NCBI GenBank assembly: GCA_040218735.1
Contig: JAVJQW010000038.1
Location: 96,001-160,000 of the forward strand
Source: Deltaproteobacteria bacterium
GTDB taxonomy: Bacteria; Myxococcota; Kuafuiibacteriia; Kuafuiibacteriales; Kuafuiibacteriaceae
Direction of reading: 5' to 3'
DNA: 64,000 nucleotides
Under the pieces are notes generated by a model that made no database searches, was not told the DNA's origin, and saw only the letters and a list, made by a program, of their open reading frames with translations. How positions within the stretch are numbered: position 1 is the stretch's first letter; every line of letters starts with the position of its first letter. The position numbers and the translations under genes were made by a program. Positions 20,546-29,982 of this stretch are shown in pieces.

Positions 20546-22813
20546 ATGCGACGCGCGTGCCTCTTCCTCCTGCTCGGTTCCATCGCCTGCTCGGGTGAGT
20601 CGTCGCCGACCGGCCCGGACCACGAGGCCTTCTTCGAGCAGCGCACGCACGACGTCACGCACACGGACGTCCCGTTCGAGATCGACCGCCCCACCTGGTT
20701 CAGGACCCCCGAGGTGCTGGAGACGCTCGACGCGACCGCGATCGTCGCGGCTGGGACAGACGTCTACGTCGGGACCACCGACGGCATCTTCCGGCTCGGG
20801 GACTCCGGCGACGCGTTCGTGCGGGTCGCCGAAGGAAGCGTCGTCGACGCGCAGGCGAGCGGGGACTCCGCGTTCTTCGCGACGCGCTCCGAGGTCATCG
20901 AGCTGTCGGCGGGGACGGTCGAGGTGCGCACCGTCCCCACGGCGTCGATCGCGGCCTTCGCGATCGACGGCGACGACGTCTACATCGCCGAGCCCGGTCG
21001 TGTCGCGCGGGTGCGGTTCGTCGGGCAGGGCACCGAGCAGCTCGCCGTCGACACGGCGAGCGCTTCGCAGCTCGTGCTCGTGGGCGCGACGTTGTTCGGG
21101 CGTGTCGACGATCGTGTGGTTCGGTTCGACGAGGGGCCGCAGATCGATCTGTCGGACGTCCACACGATCGGAGCGGGTGAGGGCGACACCCTCCTCGTCG
21201 GCACCGCGGATCGACTGCTGCGTTACGGCGAGGACGGCCAAGAGCTCGAGTCGTGGTCCATCGGCGCCGACACCTTCCCCTCGACCGACTTCACCTCGAT
21301 CCACGAGCGCGGCGGCGTCCGCCTCGTCGGCCACACGATCGGCGCGACCGCGTTCTCGGCGGACGGCACCGACCACTACCACTCGAAACGTTGGATCCCG
21401 GCACAACGCGTCACCGCGGTCGCGCTCGGGCCCGATGGCGAGCGCTGGATCGCCACGCCCGAGGGCGTCACGCGGGTCGCGAACGTCACGACCACCCTCG
21501 CGCAGCGCGCGGCCGAGGACGAGCTTCGCGTCGACGGGCACTGGCGCATGGACGGCTTCGTGGACGACTCGATGGGGATGGCCGAACCCTACGACCTCGA
21601 CTCCGCGTTCACCGGCGACCACGACAACGACGGCCTGTGGACCGAGATGCAGATCGGCACGTGGTGTTACGCGTACGCGGCGACCGGCGACGAGGCGTTC
21701 TACACCAAGGCGCGCCGCGCGATGGACGTCATGTTCTTGCAGATCGACATCCCGGGGCAGGCGTTCGAGCGCGCCGGGATGAAGCGCGGATTCATCACGC
21801 GCTCGCTGGTCCGCGACGACGAGGGAGCAGTCTTCGAGGACAAGGTCCCGCGCGACAACTGGCACCTCGAGACCTACGCGGGGCGCGACTACTACTGGAA
21901 GGACGACACGAGCTCCGACGAGTACGCCGGCCACTACTTCGGCATCCCGATCTTCTATGACCTCTGCGCGAAGACCGACGACGAGCGGCAAGAGATCCGC
22001 GACCGCATCCGCCTCACCACGGACTACCTGATCGACGGCGACTACCTCCTGATCGACCTCGACGGTCAACCGACCACCCACGGCGACTGGAAGGACCTCG
22101 GCGTGGCCGCGAACGGCCTCGACGCATGCACCGACCAGCACGGCATCGACTACGCCGCGAAGTGCATCGAGTCGCGCCACGGCGGCGGGTGGCTCAACGG
22201 CGCCGAGATCCTCGGCCACCTCCTCGCCGCGTGGCACATCACCGGCGACAGCAAGTACTACGACGAGTACGAGCGCCTCTACACCGAGGAGGACTACGGG
22301 CGGATCGTGCAGACGATCGAGGACACGTTCACCGTCACGAAGCCCGCGTTTGCGAACCACTCGGACCACGAGCTCGCGATGCTCGCGTTCACGACGCTCA
22401 TCCGCTACGAGCCGGACCCGGAGCGTCGCAAGCGCTACGAGGAGAGCCTCCTGTTCTTCTACGAGTACGAGCGTGAGGAGCACAACCCGTGGCAGATCGC
22501 CGTCATCGGCACGGTGCACGCCGGGGACGTGGATCTCGCCGGTGCGATCGACACGCTGATGCACATGCCGCCGGATTGGCGCACGTGGCGCGTCGACAAC
22601 GAACACCGCCAAGACGCCGATCGCTGGCCGCGCGACCGCCACGACGAGCCGCAGTTCTCACGTGTCTTCCCGTACGACGAGATCCGCACGATGAAGTGGA
22701 ACGGCAGCCCGTACGTCGTCGCCAACGGGAGCGACCGTCCGCGGCTCCTCGCGCCGACGCCGTACCTGCTCGCGTACTGGATGCTGCGCTACTACGGGCT
22801 GATCGAGGGCTGA
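20546..22813 (+). CDS. uncharacterised lipoprotein: N-terminal propeller-like region plus C-terminal helical (alpha/alpha-barrel-like) domain
   Basis: Lipobox SIAC; YVGTTDG and WIATPEG blade-like motifs; DNDGLWT, WKDDTSSDEYAGH, YLLAYW. Confidence 0.7.
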   Translation: MRRACLFLLLGSIACSGESSPTGPDHEAFFEQRTHDVTHTDVPFEIDRPTWFRTPEVLETLDATAIVAAGTDVYVGTTDGIFRLGDSGDAFVRVAEGSVVDAQASGDSAFFATRSEVIELSAGTVEVRTVPTASIAAFAIDGDDVYIAEPGRVARVRFVGQGTEQLAVDTASASQLVLVGATLFGRVDDRVVRFDEGPQIDLSDVHTIGAGEGDTLLVGTADRLLRYGEDGQELESWSIGADTFPSTDFTSIHERGGVRLVGHTIGATAFSADGTDHYHSKRWIPAQRVTAVALGPDGERWIATPEGVTRVANVTTTLAQRAAEDELRVDGHWRMDGFVDDSMGMAEPYDLDSAFTGDHDNDGLWTEMQIGTWCYAYAATGDEAFYTKARRAMDVMFLQIDIPGQAFERAGMKRGFITRSLVRDDEGAVFEDKVPRDNWHLETYAGRDYYWKDDTSSDEYAGHYFGIPIFYDLCAKTDDERQEIRDRIRLTTDYLIDGDYLLIDLDGQPTTHGDWKDLGVAANGLDACTDQHGIDYAAKCIESRHGGGWLNGAEILGHLLAAWHITGDSKYYDEYERLYTEEDYGRIVQTIEDTFTVTKPAFANHSDHELAMLAFTTLIRYEPDPERRKRYEESLLFFYEYEREEHNPWQIAVIGTVHAGDVDLAGAIDTLMHMPPDWRTWRVDNEHRQDADRWPRDRHDEPQFSRVFPYDEIRTMKWNGSPYVVANGSDRPRLLAPTPYLLAYWMLRYYGLIEG

Positions 22814-23301
22814 CGGGTGAGGGTGTCGGCGAGCTTGAGGAGCGTGGGCAGCCGGTGGGGCCCGTGCATCGAGCGCACGTGCGCCGCGGCTTCGTCGACC
22901 GGCATCCCCGCCGCCGTCACGTAGAGTGGGCGCTCACTTGTCCCGCGTAGGACCTCGACGGCGGGCGCGCCGCGGTACGGGTTCTTGGCGACGCCGATGA
23001 CGACGACATCGATCCCGTCCTTCCGCAAGCTAGCTTGCAGGTGCGCGCCTAGCCCCGGGCCGTCGCCGAGCTCGACGTGCCCGTCGACGATCACCACTTC
23101 GATGTTCGAGAAGAAGTCGAGCACCGCGCGGAGCGGCGGGAGCTCACGCAGGTAGAGCGACCCCGGCACGTAGGGCGCCACACGGCCGTACTCGATCACG
23201 GTGGTCTCGGCTGGTTCGGCGTCGGTGAACGCCGCGAAGCTCACGCCGGCGGCGCGGGCGTCGTCGTCGTCGTACGCGACGTCGACCGCGACGATCGTCA
23301 T
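22792..23301 (-). CDS. nfi: endonuclease V (short form)
   Basis: DVAY, YVPG..YLRELP, VDGH, IGVAK, LYV, RLP..LKLAD. Confidence 0.88.
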   Translation of the reverse strand: MTIVAVDVAYDDDDARAAGVSFAAFTDAEPAETTVIEYGRVAPYVPGSLYLRELPPLRAVLDFFSNIEVVIVDGHVELGDGPGLGAHLQASLRKDGIDVVVIGVAKNPYRGAPAVEVLRGTSERPLYVTAAGMPVDEAAAHVRSMHGPHRLPTLLKLADTLTRQPSISP

Positions 23302-24212
23302 CGCCGACGCCGGAACAGGAACAGCGCGAGGACCCAAGGCCACGGCGCGCCGGTGCGCCCGGTCCTGCACGCGCAGGAGTCGGGCGGCTCGCCGGTCTTC
23401 ACGTAGCCGCCGTCGCGCACCGACCCGGCGTCGGGTGTGCCGGCGTCGGGGACGCCCGCGTCGTCCTCCGGAACGTTGTGGGTCACGAGCAGCACGTAGT
23501 TCGAGTAGTGATAGAACGACAGCCCGCGGTCGTCGGTGATCGTGGCCTTGAGCGTCCAGTCGTTCTCCTCGAGCTGCGACGTGTCCCAGATGAAGGAGCC
23601 CTGGTCGGGCGGGAGGTCGTCTGCGATGAGCAGCGGCTCCCCGTCCGGTCCGATCATCGCTTCGAGGCGCACGCGCCCCGTGCCGTCGGGATCGAACGCA
23701 TCCCAAGTCAGCTCGAACGAGCGATGCGCGAACTTGAACGGGCTCGTCGGCGAAGTGAGGTACACGGCGGGGTGCACGGGATCGCCGGGGTGCGCGACGG
23801 TGACGATACCCGGCGACAGCCCGATGATCTGAATCGCCATGTTCTCCTCCGGCGGTTCGACCACTTGCGACCAGATCAGATAGGAACCCGCGGGCACGTT
23901 CGTCGTGTCCCAGGTGTACGCGTTCGGCATCTCCTTCTCCCAGATGCCGGTGACGATCGTCTCCCCGACGAGATCGTCGGGGCGCTCGCCCGCCTGGAAC
24001 GTCGGGGGCTGCCGGTCCGTGTAGTAGAAGTCGACGGTGGCGGTCCCGGTCGGGATGGAGCGGTCCGCGTCGACCCACAGCAGCTCGACGCTCTCGTCGA
24101 CCACGTTGCCCACGCCGGTCGGCGCCGTGATGTACGCGACCGCCGGATCGGCGCCGTGCGCCCACGCCGTCGCGGGTGCGAGCAGCGCGAAGAGGACGAC
24201 GGGCCAACGCAC
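23298..24212 (-). CDS. secreted Ig-like protein with MYXO-CTERM sorting tail
   Basis: Signal peptide; two WDT-containing Ig-like units; DAG linker; SCAC...WVLALFLFRRRR. Confidence 0.75.
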   Translation of the reverse strand: MRWPVVLFALLAPATAWAHGADPAVAYITAPTGVGNVVDESVELLWVDADRSIPTGTATVDFYYTDRQPPTFQAGERPDDLVGETIVTGIWEKEMPNAYTWDTTNVPAGSYLIWSQVVEPPEENMAIQIIGLSPGIVTVAHPGDPVHPAVYLTSPTSPFKFAHRSFELTWDAFDPDGTGRVRLEAMIGPDGEPLLIADDLPPDQGSFIWDTSQLEENDWTLKATITDDRGLSFYHYSNYVLLVTHNVPEDDAGVPDAGTPDAGSVRDGGYVKTGEPPDSCACRTGRTGAPWPWVLALFLFRRRR

Positions 24213-24261
24213 GGGGAGGAGTGTAGCCCGACGTCCCCTCGGTCCGTCGTCCGATCTTCGG

Positions 24262-25017
24262 TCAGGACCCGTGACGTCCCTCACCCGAGGCGAAACGGGC
24301 GGCTCCGGCCACGCCTTCGTCGCGGAGGGCGTCGAGTCCGCCGAGGAGCTCACGTTCGAGTGCTTCGGCGTCCGGAAGGTGCGCGTTCGTCCGCGCCGAC
24401 CGGCGGTCGGCTCGCATGCAGACCTGCGGGAACGCGGCGATGTCGCGCGCGAGCGCCTCCGCCGCGGTGCGGGCTTCACCGTCTTCCACGACGCGGTTCA
24501 CGAGGCCGAACGACAGCGCCTCGTCGGCGGACACCGCGCGCCCGGTGAGGATGAGGTCCATCGCGCGCGCCAACCCGATGAGCCTCGGCAGGCGGATCGT
24601 GCCGCCGTCGATCAGCGGCACTCCGAAGCGTCGGCAGAAGACACCGAGCGTCGCGCCCCGGGCGGCGATGCGGAGGTCACACCACAGCGCGAGCTCGAGC
24701 CCGCCCGCGACGGCGTGACCTTCGATCGCGGCGATGACCGGTTTGTCGAGCTCGAGGCGGGTGGGCCCCATCGGACCGTCGCCGTCGGGGGCGACGCGGT
24801 TGGGTCGACCCTCGGCGACCGCGCGCAGATCCGCACCGGCGCAGAACGTCCCGCCGTCGCCGTACAGCACAGCGACGCGTGCTTCTTCGTCGGCGTCGAA
24901 CGCACGGAACGCCGCCGCGAGCGCGTCGGCGGTGTCGCGGTCGACGGCGTTCTTTCGCGCGGGGCGGTCGAGCACGACCGTCCACACCGCGCCGTCCTTG
25001 TCGGTCCGGACGGTCAC
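24262..25017 (-). CDS. enoyl-CoA hydratase/isomerase
   Basis: FCAGADL, KPVIAAIEGHAVAGGLELAL. Confidence 0.92.
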   Translation of the reverse strand: MTVRTDKDGAVWTVVLDRPARKNAVDRDTADALAAAFRAFDADEEARVAVLYGDGGTFCAGADLRAVAEGRPNRVAPDGDGPMGPTRLELDKPVIAAIEGHAVAGGLELALWCDLRIAARGATLGVFCRRFGVPLIDGGTIRLPRLIGLARAMDLILTGRAVSADEALSFGLVNRVVEDGEARTAAEALARDIAAFPQVCMRADRRSARTNAHLPDAEALERELLGGLDALRDEGVAGAARFASGEGRHGS

Positions 25018-26210
25018 ACCAACAGCTCGAGCCGGTCGTAGAAGAACTCGCGGGCGACCACCATCTCGTGCACTTCGTCCGGTCCGTCCGCGATGCGCGC
25101 GGCGCGCGACGCGCGGTACCAGCGCGCGAACGGCATGTCGTCGCTGTAGCCGAGGCCGCCGTGCATCTGGATGGCGTCGTCGAGCACTTTGCACAGGCCA
25201 CGCGCGACGTGGTTCTTCGTCATCGACGAGTACACCCGGGCTTCACGACCGAGTCCGTCCTCGAGCATCTGCGCGCAGTGGAAGGTCATCAGGTTGCCCG
25301 CGTGGATCATGCTCGCGTTGTCGGCGATCATCTTTTGGATGAGCTGATGCTCGGCGAGGCGTTTGCCGAAGCTCTTGCGCTCGATCAGATAGGCGCGGCA
25401 CATCTCGAGCGTCCGCGCCGCGAGGCCGAGCCACCGCATGCAGTGGGTGAGACGCGCAGGAACGAGGCGCTTCTGCGCGAGGCGGAAGCCGTCACCGATG
25501 TTCGCGACGACCGCGTCGGCGTCGACGCGCACCCCTTCGAATCGGAACTCACCCTCCAGGTGATCGAGGACGTCCGGCGCCATCACCGGGATGTTGCGGA
25601 CCAGGTTCACGCCGGGCGCGTTGCGGTCGACGATGAACATCGACGCGCCGTTCTTCGGGTCGTCGCTGGTGCGCGCCATGACGATCAGGAACGACGCCGG
25701 ATCGCCGCCGGTGCTGTACCACTTGTGCCCGTCGATGACCCAACCGTCACCGTCCTGCTTCGCCGTCGTGCGCAGGTTCGACGGGTCGGCGCCGGCACCG
25801 GGGGCCGGCTCGGTCATGCAGAACGCGCTGGTGATCTCGCCGTCCGCGAGGGGCCTCAGATAGCGCTCGCGCAGCGGCTCACTAGCGGCGTTCAGGAGGA
25901 GGTCCATGTTGCCCTGATCCGGCGCGTCGCAGTTGAAGACCTTGGCGCCCACGAACGAACGGCCCATTTCGCGGAACAGGACACACATCCCCATCACACC
26001 GAGCCCGAGCCCGCCGTAGGACTCGGGGAGGTGCGGGGTGAACAGCCCCTCCTGCTTCGCGAGATCGCGCAGGCGTTTCAAAGTGGTGCGCTCGCCCGCC
26101 GCGTCCTCCTCGAGGATTCGACCCTCGTTCTCGATGATGTGCTCGTCGACGAACGCGCGGACGCGTCCGCGCAGGGTCTCCAATTCGTCGGGTACCGACC
26201 GCCAGCTCAT
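25014..26210 (-). CDS. acyl-CoA dehydrogenase
   Basis: FCMTEP..GAD, GHKWY, IQMHGGLG, RIADGPDEVH. Confidence 0.95.
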   Translation of the reverse strand: MSWRSVPDELETLRGRVRAFVDEHIIENEGRILEEDAAGERTTLKRLRDLAKQEGLFTPHLPESYGGLGLGVMGMCVLFREMGRSFVGAKVFNCDAPDQGNMDLLLNAASEPLRERYLRPLADGEITSAFCMTEPAPGAGADPSNLRTTAKQDGDGWVIDGHKWYSTGGDPASFLIVMARTSDDPKNGASMFIVDRNAPGVNLVRNIPVMAPDVLDHLEGEFRFEGVRVDADAVVANIGDGFRLAQKRLVPARLTHCMRWLGLAARTLEMCRAYLIERKSFGKRLAEHQLIQKMIADNASMIHAGNLMTFHCAQMLEDGLGREARVYSSMTKNHVARGLCKVLDDAIQMHGGLGYSDDMPFARWYRASRAARIADGPDEVHEMVVAREFFYDRLELLV

Positions 26211-26307
26211 GCCGGGACTCTTAGGCCGCGGGCTCGCGCGTCGCAAGCGGGCGTCGGCTTGACACGCCTACCGGTGCGTTGGACCGTTTTCGACGGCGGC
26301 GTCGCGA

Positions 26308-28566
26308 ATGTCCGAATCCTCCCAACCGACGAGCTCGGTCCCTTCACTCGACGCGTTTCCGCAGTACGTCGCGACCATCTCCCGGCAAGGGGCGCTGCTG
26401 TACGTGAACCGCGGCGGGGGGCTGTTCGGTGAGGCGCCGAAGATCGGCGCGCCCCTCGTGGAGGTCGCCCGCGAGGAGGTCTGGCGAGGGCTCGCCGGAC
26501 CGACGGCACGCGCGTTCGAGCGCTCCGAGCAGAGCGTCGTCGAGATCGCCGTCCAGGGTCGTTGGTTCGAGTGCAGCATCGGGCCCGTCGAGCAAGACGG
26601 CCAAGTCGTCGCTGCGGCGATCGTCGCGACGGACGTCACGCGTCGCCGCCGCACCCGCGCGGCGATCGGCACCACCGAGGAGCGCTTCGACTTCCTCGTG
26701 CGCGCCACGCCGGACCTCTACTTCCGCATGGACCACAACGGCGTCTTCCGCGACTACTTCGGCGCGGACGACACGTTCCTCCCTCCGTCGCACTTCATCG
26801 GGAAGGCGGCGATCGACGTGCTGCCGCCGCCCGTCGGGAAGATGGTGCAGGAGGCGGTCGCGTACGTCGTGTCGTCGAAGTCGTCGACGACGATCGACTA
26901 CGCGCTCCCCGACCCGGTCGAAGGGCGACAGCGCTACTTCGAGGGCCGTCTGTTCTACGACGAGTCCAACGACGTCATCTCGGTGGTCCGCGACGTCACG
27001 GATCAGCGGCGCACCGAGCGCGCGCTCGAGAACAGCGAGGAGAGCTTCCACGCGGTGATCGAGCAGATGCCCGACGCGATCACGATGCATCGCAACGGGA
27101 GCGTTCGGTACGCCAACCTCGCCTGCAAACGCCTGCTTCTCATTCCGGACGACGAGGACGTGGTCGGATGGGACATCCTCTCGATGGTGCACGCCGACGA
27201 TCGCCCGCGCATCGTCGAGCGCATCGCGGAGATCGAGGAGCGCGGTATCGCGCCCGCGACCGAGATGAAGCTCGTGCGGATGGACGGCGAGGTCGTCACC
27301 GTCGAGGTCGCGCCCGTTCGCCGACTGCAGCTGGCCGACGGCCCGGTGAACCTGATCGTCGCGCGCGACATCTCGCAGCGCCGTCGAATGCAGGAGCGCT
27401 TCCTCCTCGCCGACCGCGTCGCGTCGATGGGGACCCTCGCGGCGGGGGTCGCGCACGAGATCAACAACCCGCTCACCTACGTCGTCGGCAACCTCGCCGT
27501 CGCGGCGAAGGGGCTCGCAGCAATCGAGCCGCGCGACGAGGATCGCGCGCAGGTACGCGAGCTGGAGAAGGCGATCGCCGATGCGCGCGCCGGGGCCGAG
27601 CGGGTTCGTTACATCGTCGGAGATCTGCGCGCGTTCTCACGACCCGATCGTGGAGAGCTGACGAACATCGACCTGCGCAAGGTGCTCGACGGCGCGATCA
27701 ACATGGCGTGGTCCGAGATTCGCCACCGCGCGCGGCTGGTTCGTGAGTACTCCGACGCGCCGCTCGTGCGCGGCTCGGAGACACGCCTCGGTCAGGTCTT
27801 CTTGAACCTCCTCGTGAACGCCGCCCAGGCGATCGAAGAGGGCGGGGCGACGAAGAACACCATCCGTGTGAGCACGGGTACCGACGAAGAGGGCCGGGCG
27901 CTGGTCGAGATCCAGGACAGCGGCGTCGGCTTCGACGCCAACGTGAGCTCGCGGATGTGGGACCCCTTCTATACGACCAAACCCGGCGAGGGGACGGGGC
28001 TGGGCCTCTCGATCTGCCAGTCGGTGGTCACGAGCCTCGGCGGCGAGATCGTCGCCGAGACCGTGAGCCCGAAGGGTGCGCTGTTCCGGGTGCTCCTCCC
28101 GCCGTTCGTGGGGCACCTCGAGACGCCGGCGCCGAAGGAGCCCCCCACCACCGACGAGACGCGGATCCACGGCCGGGTGCTCGTCGTCGACGACGAGCCG
28201 GTCGTCGCCACGCTCGTGCGACGCGCGTTGGAGGGGCACGACGTCTACATCATGACGAGCGGCCGCGACGCGGTGGAGATGTGCAAGGAACTCGAGTTCG
28301 ACGTCATCGTCTGCGACCTCCTCATGCCCGACGTGACGGGGATGGATCTGCACGACGAGCTCGTCAACCTCGACCCCGGCTTCGCCGACCGCATCGTGTT
28401 CATGACGGCGGGTGCGTTCACGCCGAAGGCGCGTCGTTTCCTCGGGCGCGTGACGAACCCGGTCGTGGAGAAACCGTTCGACTTGGAAGGGCTCGCGGAG
28501 ACGGTGCAACGTGTGTTGCGACGGCGCCGCGCGAACGAGCTCACAAGCAGCCCGTCCCCCCGTTGA
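26308..28566 (+). CDS. PAS-domain hybrid histidine kinase/response regulator
   Basis: Several PAS segments; AHEINNPL, NLLVNA, DSGVG, GTGLGL, VVDDE, CDLLMP. Confidence 0.93.
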   Translation: MSESSQPTSSVPSLDAFPQYVATISRQGALLYVNRGGGLFGEAPKIGAPLVEVAREEVWRGLAGPTARAFERSEQSVVEIAVQGRWFECSIGPVEQDGQVVAAAIVATDVTRRRRTRAAIGTTEERFDFLVRATPDLYFRMDHNGVFRDYFGADDTFLPPSHFIGKAAIDVLPPPVGKMVQEAVAYVVSSKSSTTIDYALPDPVEGRQRYFEGRLFYDESNDVISVVRDVTDQRRTERALENSEESFHAVIEQMPDAITMHRNGSVRYANLACKRLLLIPDDEDVVGWDILSMVHADDRPRIVERIAEIEERGIAPATEMKLVRMDGEVVTVEVAPVRRLQLADGPVNLIVARDISQRRRMQERFLLADRVASMGTLAAGVAHEINNPLTYVVGNLAVAAKGLAAIEPRDEDRAQVRELEKAIADARAGAERVRYIVGDLRAFSRPDRGELTNIDLRKVLDGAINMAWSEIRHRARLVREYSDAPLVRGSETRLGQVFLNLLVNAAQAIEEGGATKNTIRVSTGTDEEGRALVEIQDSGVGFDANVSSRMWDPFYTTKPGEGTGLGLSICQSVVTSLGGEIVAETVSPKGALFRVLLPPFVGHLETPAPKEPPTTDETRIHGRVLVVDDEPVVATLVRRALEGHDVYIMTSGRDAVEMCKELEFDVIVCDLLMPDVTGMDLHDELVNLDPGFADRIVFMTAGAFTPKARRFLGRVTNPVVEKPFDLEGLAETVQRVLRRRRANELTSSPSPR

Positions 28567-29950
28567 CGATGCGCTCGGCGAGGACGCGCGTCACGTTGAA
28601 CAGCGCGCAGCTCGTCGCACCGAAGGCCTCGAAGCGCCCGTAGCTGCCGCCGCCGCCGCCGCCTGCTTCGCCGCCGGTCATGGCGTCCTCTCCGTCCGTC
28701 GGGAGGCCGACGACCGGACGTCGTCCGCCGTCGCCTCCGGGCGCGCCGCCGCTGGGGATGAAGCCGCCCAAGGGTGCCGTCGTAGGATCGTCGACGCCGT
28801 CCGCGCCCGCTTCGCCGTTGCCCGCCGACGAGGGGGGCAAGGCACCTTGCCCGCCGCCGCCGCCCTGCGCGTTCACGTAGGCGTCGCTCTCGGTCTGCAC
28901 CATGTCGGCTTCGAGCAGGACCGTCCCGCCCGCGCCGCCGCCCGCGCCGCCCGCGACCACGCCGTTGAACTCGCCGCCGCTCCCGCCGCCACCGGCGACG
29001 GAGATCGTGCCTTCGAGGAGGATGCGACCGCGCGCGGTGATCTGCAGCGCGCCGCCACCACCGCCGCCGGCGCCGCTCGGGTTGCCGTCGCCACCGCGAC
29101 ACCCGCCCTGCAGGCGTGACGACGTGGACGCCCCGAGCATGATCCCACCCGGGGTCTGGTCCATGGGCTCCAGGGAAGACGCGCCTCCGCCGGCGCCCGC
29201 GGCCGCGTGGCCGCCGCCGCCGCCGCCGCAGCCGGAGCTCGTCCCCTGCGGGCTGTGGTTGACGTTGCAGTCGCGGCCGGCGCCCGGACCCGCGACGGGG
29301 CCCGTCGCAGAGAGGTTCACGAACCCGGTGTCGCGGATTCGGAAGTCACCCTCGGAGACGATGATGAGCGGGCGGTTGCCGATGACTTCGACGGTGCCCG
29401 CGATCGTCCCCTCGTCGACCGTGATCACGGCGGCCGTCCACCCCGTCCCCTGGACGGGGAGCGCAGCGAGCGCGACGACAGGGCAGCCGGCGCTCAGGAT
29501 GAGGTTCGCGGTGTCGATCGTACACGTCGCGTTGAGCGGGACGTTCAGCATCCCCATCGCCGCGGGCGGCGGGAACGTGATGTTCGACAGGCGCGGGTAG
29601 GGCACGCCGCCGTCCCGCGGCCCGCCGTCGCGGGGCGCTCCGCCGTCGCGTTCGACGCCGCTGTCCGGCGTCTCACCCGCGTCGCGCGGCCCGCCGTCGC
29701 GCACTTCACCGGCGTCGCGCACATCGCCCGCATCACGTCCGGAGCCGGCGTCGCGTTCGACGCCACCGTCGCGCCCCGTGCCCGCGTCGTCGTGGCCCGC
29801 GTCGTCACCCGCGCCGCCGTCGCGCGGGGGCACGAAGTTGTGGCCGGCGTCCTCGGTGAAGGTGCTGTCGACGGGCTCGGCGGGGGAGAAGCTGCACGCC
29901 GCCGCGAGGGCGAGGACGCAGAGGGCCCCCCACTGGGCTGTCCGACGCAT
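28541..29950 (-). CDS. glycine-rich lipoprotein
   Basis: Lipobox AAAC; DAG/RDGG linker; many GGxGG tracts. Confidence 0.7.
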   Translation of the reverse strand: MRRTAQWGALCVLALAAACSFSPAEPVDSTFTEDAGHNFVPPRDGGAGDDAGHDDAGTGRDGGVERDAGSGRDAGDVRDAGEVRDGGPRDAGETPDSGVERDGGAPRDGGPRDGGVPYPRLSNITFPPPAAMGMLNVPLNATCTIDTANLILSAGCPVVALAALPVQGTGWTAAVITVDEGTIAGTVEVIGNRPLIIVSEGDFRIRDTGFVNLSATGPVAGPGAGRDCNVNHSPQGTSSGCGGGGGGHAAAGAGGGASSLEPMDQTPGGIMLGASTSSRLQGGCRGGDGNPSGAGGGGGGALQITARGRILLEGTISVAGGGGSGGEFNGVVAGGAGGGAGGTVLLEADMVQTESDAYVNAQGGGGGQGALPPSSAGNGEAGADGVDDPTTAPLGGFIPSGGAPGGDGGRRPVVGLPTDGEDAMTGGEAGGGGGGSYGRFEAFGATSCALFNVTRVLAERIVNGGTGCL

Positions 29951-29982
29951 GGGCGTGAAGTCCGCTGGGCGCGGGCGTTCGG

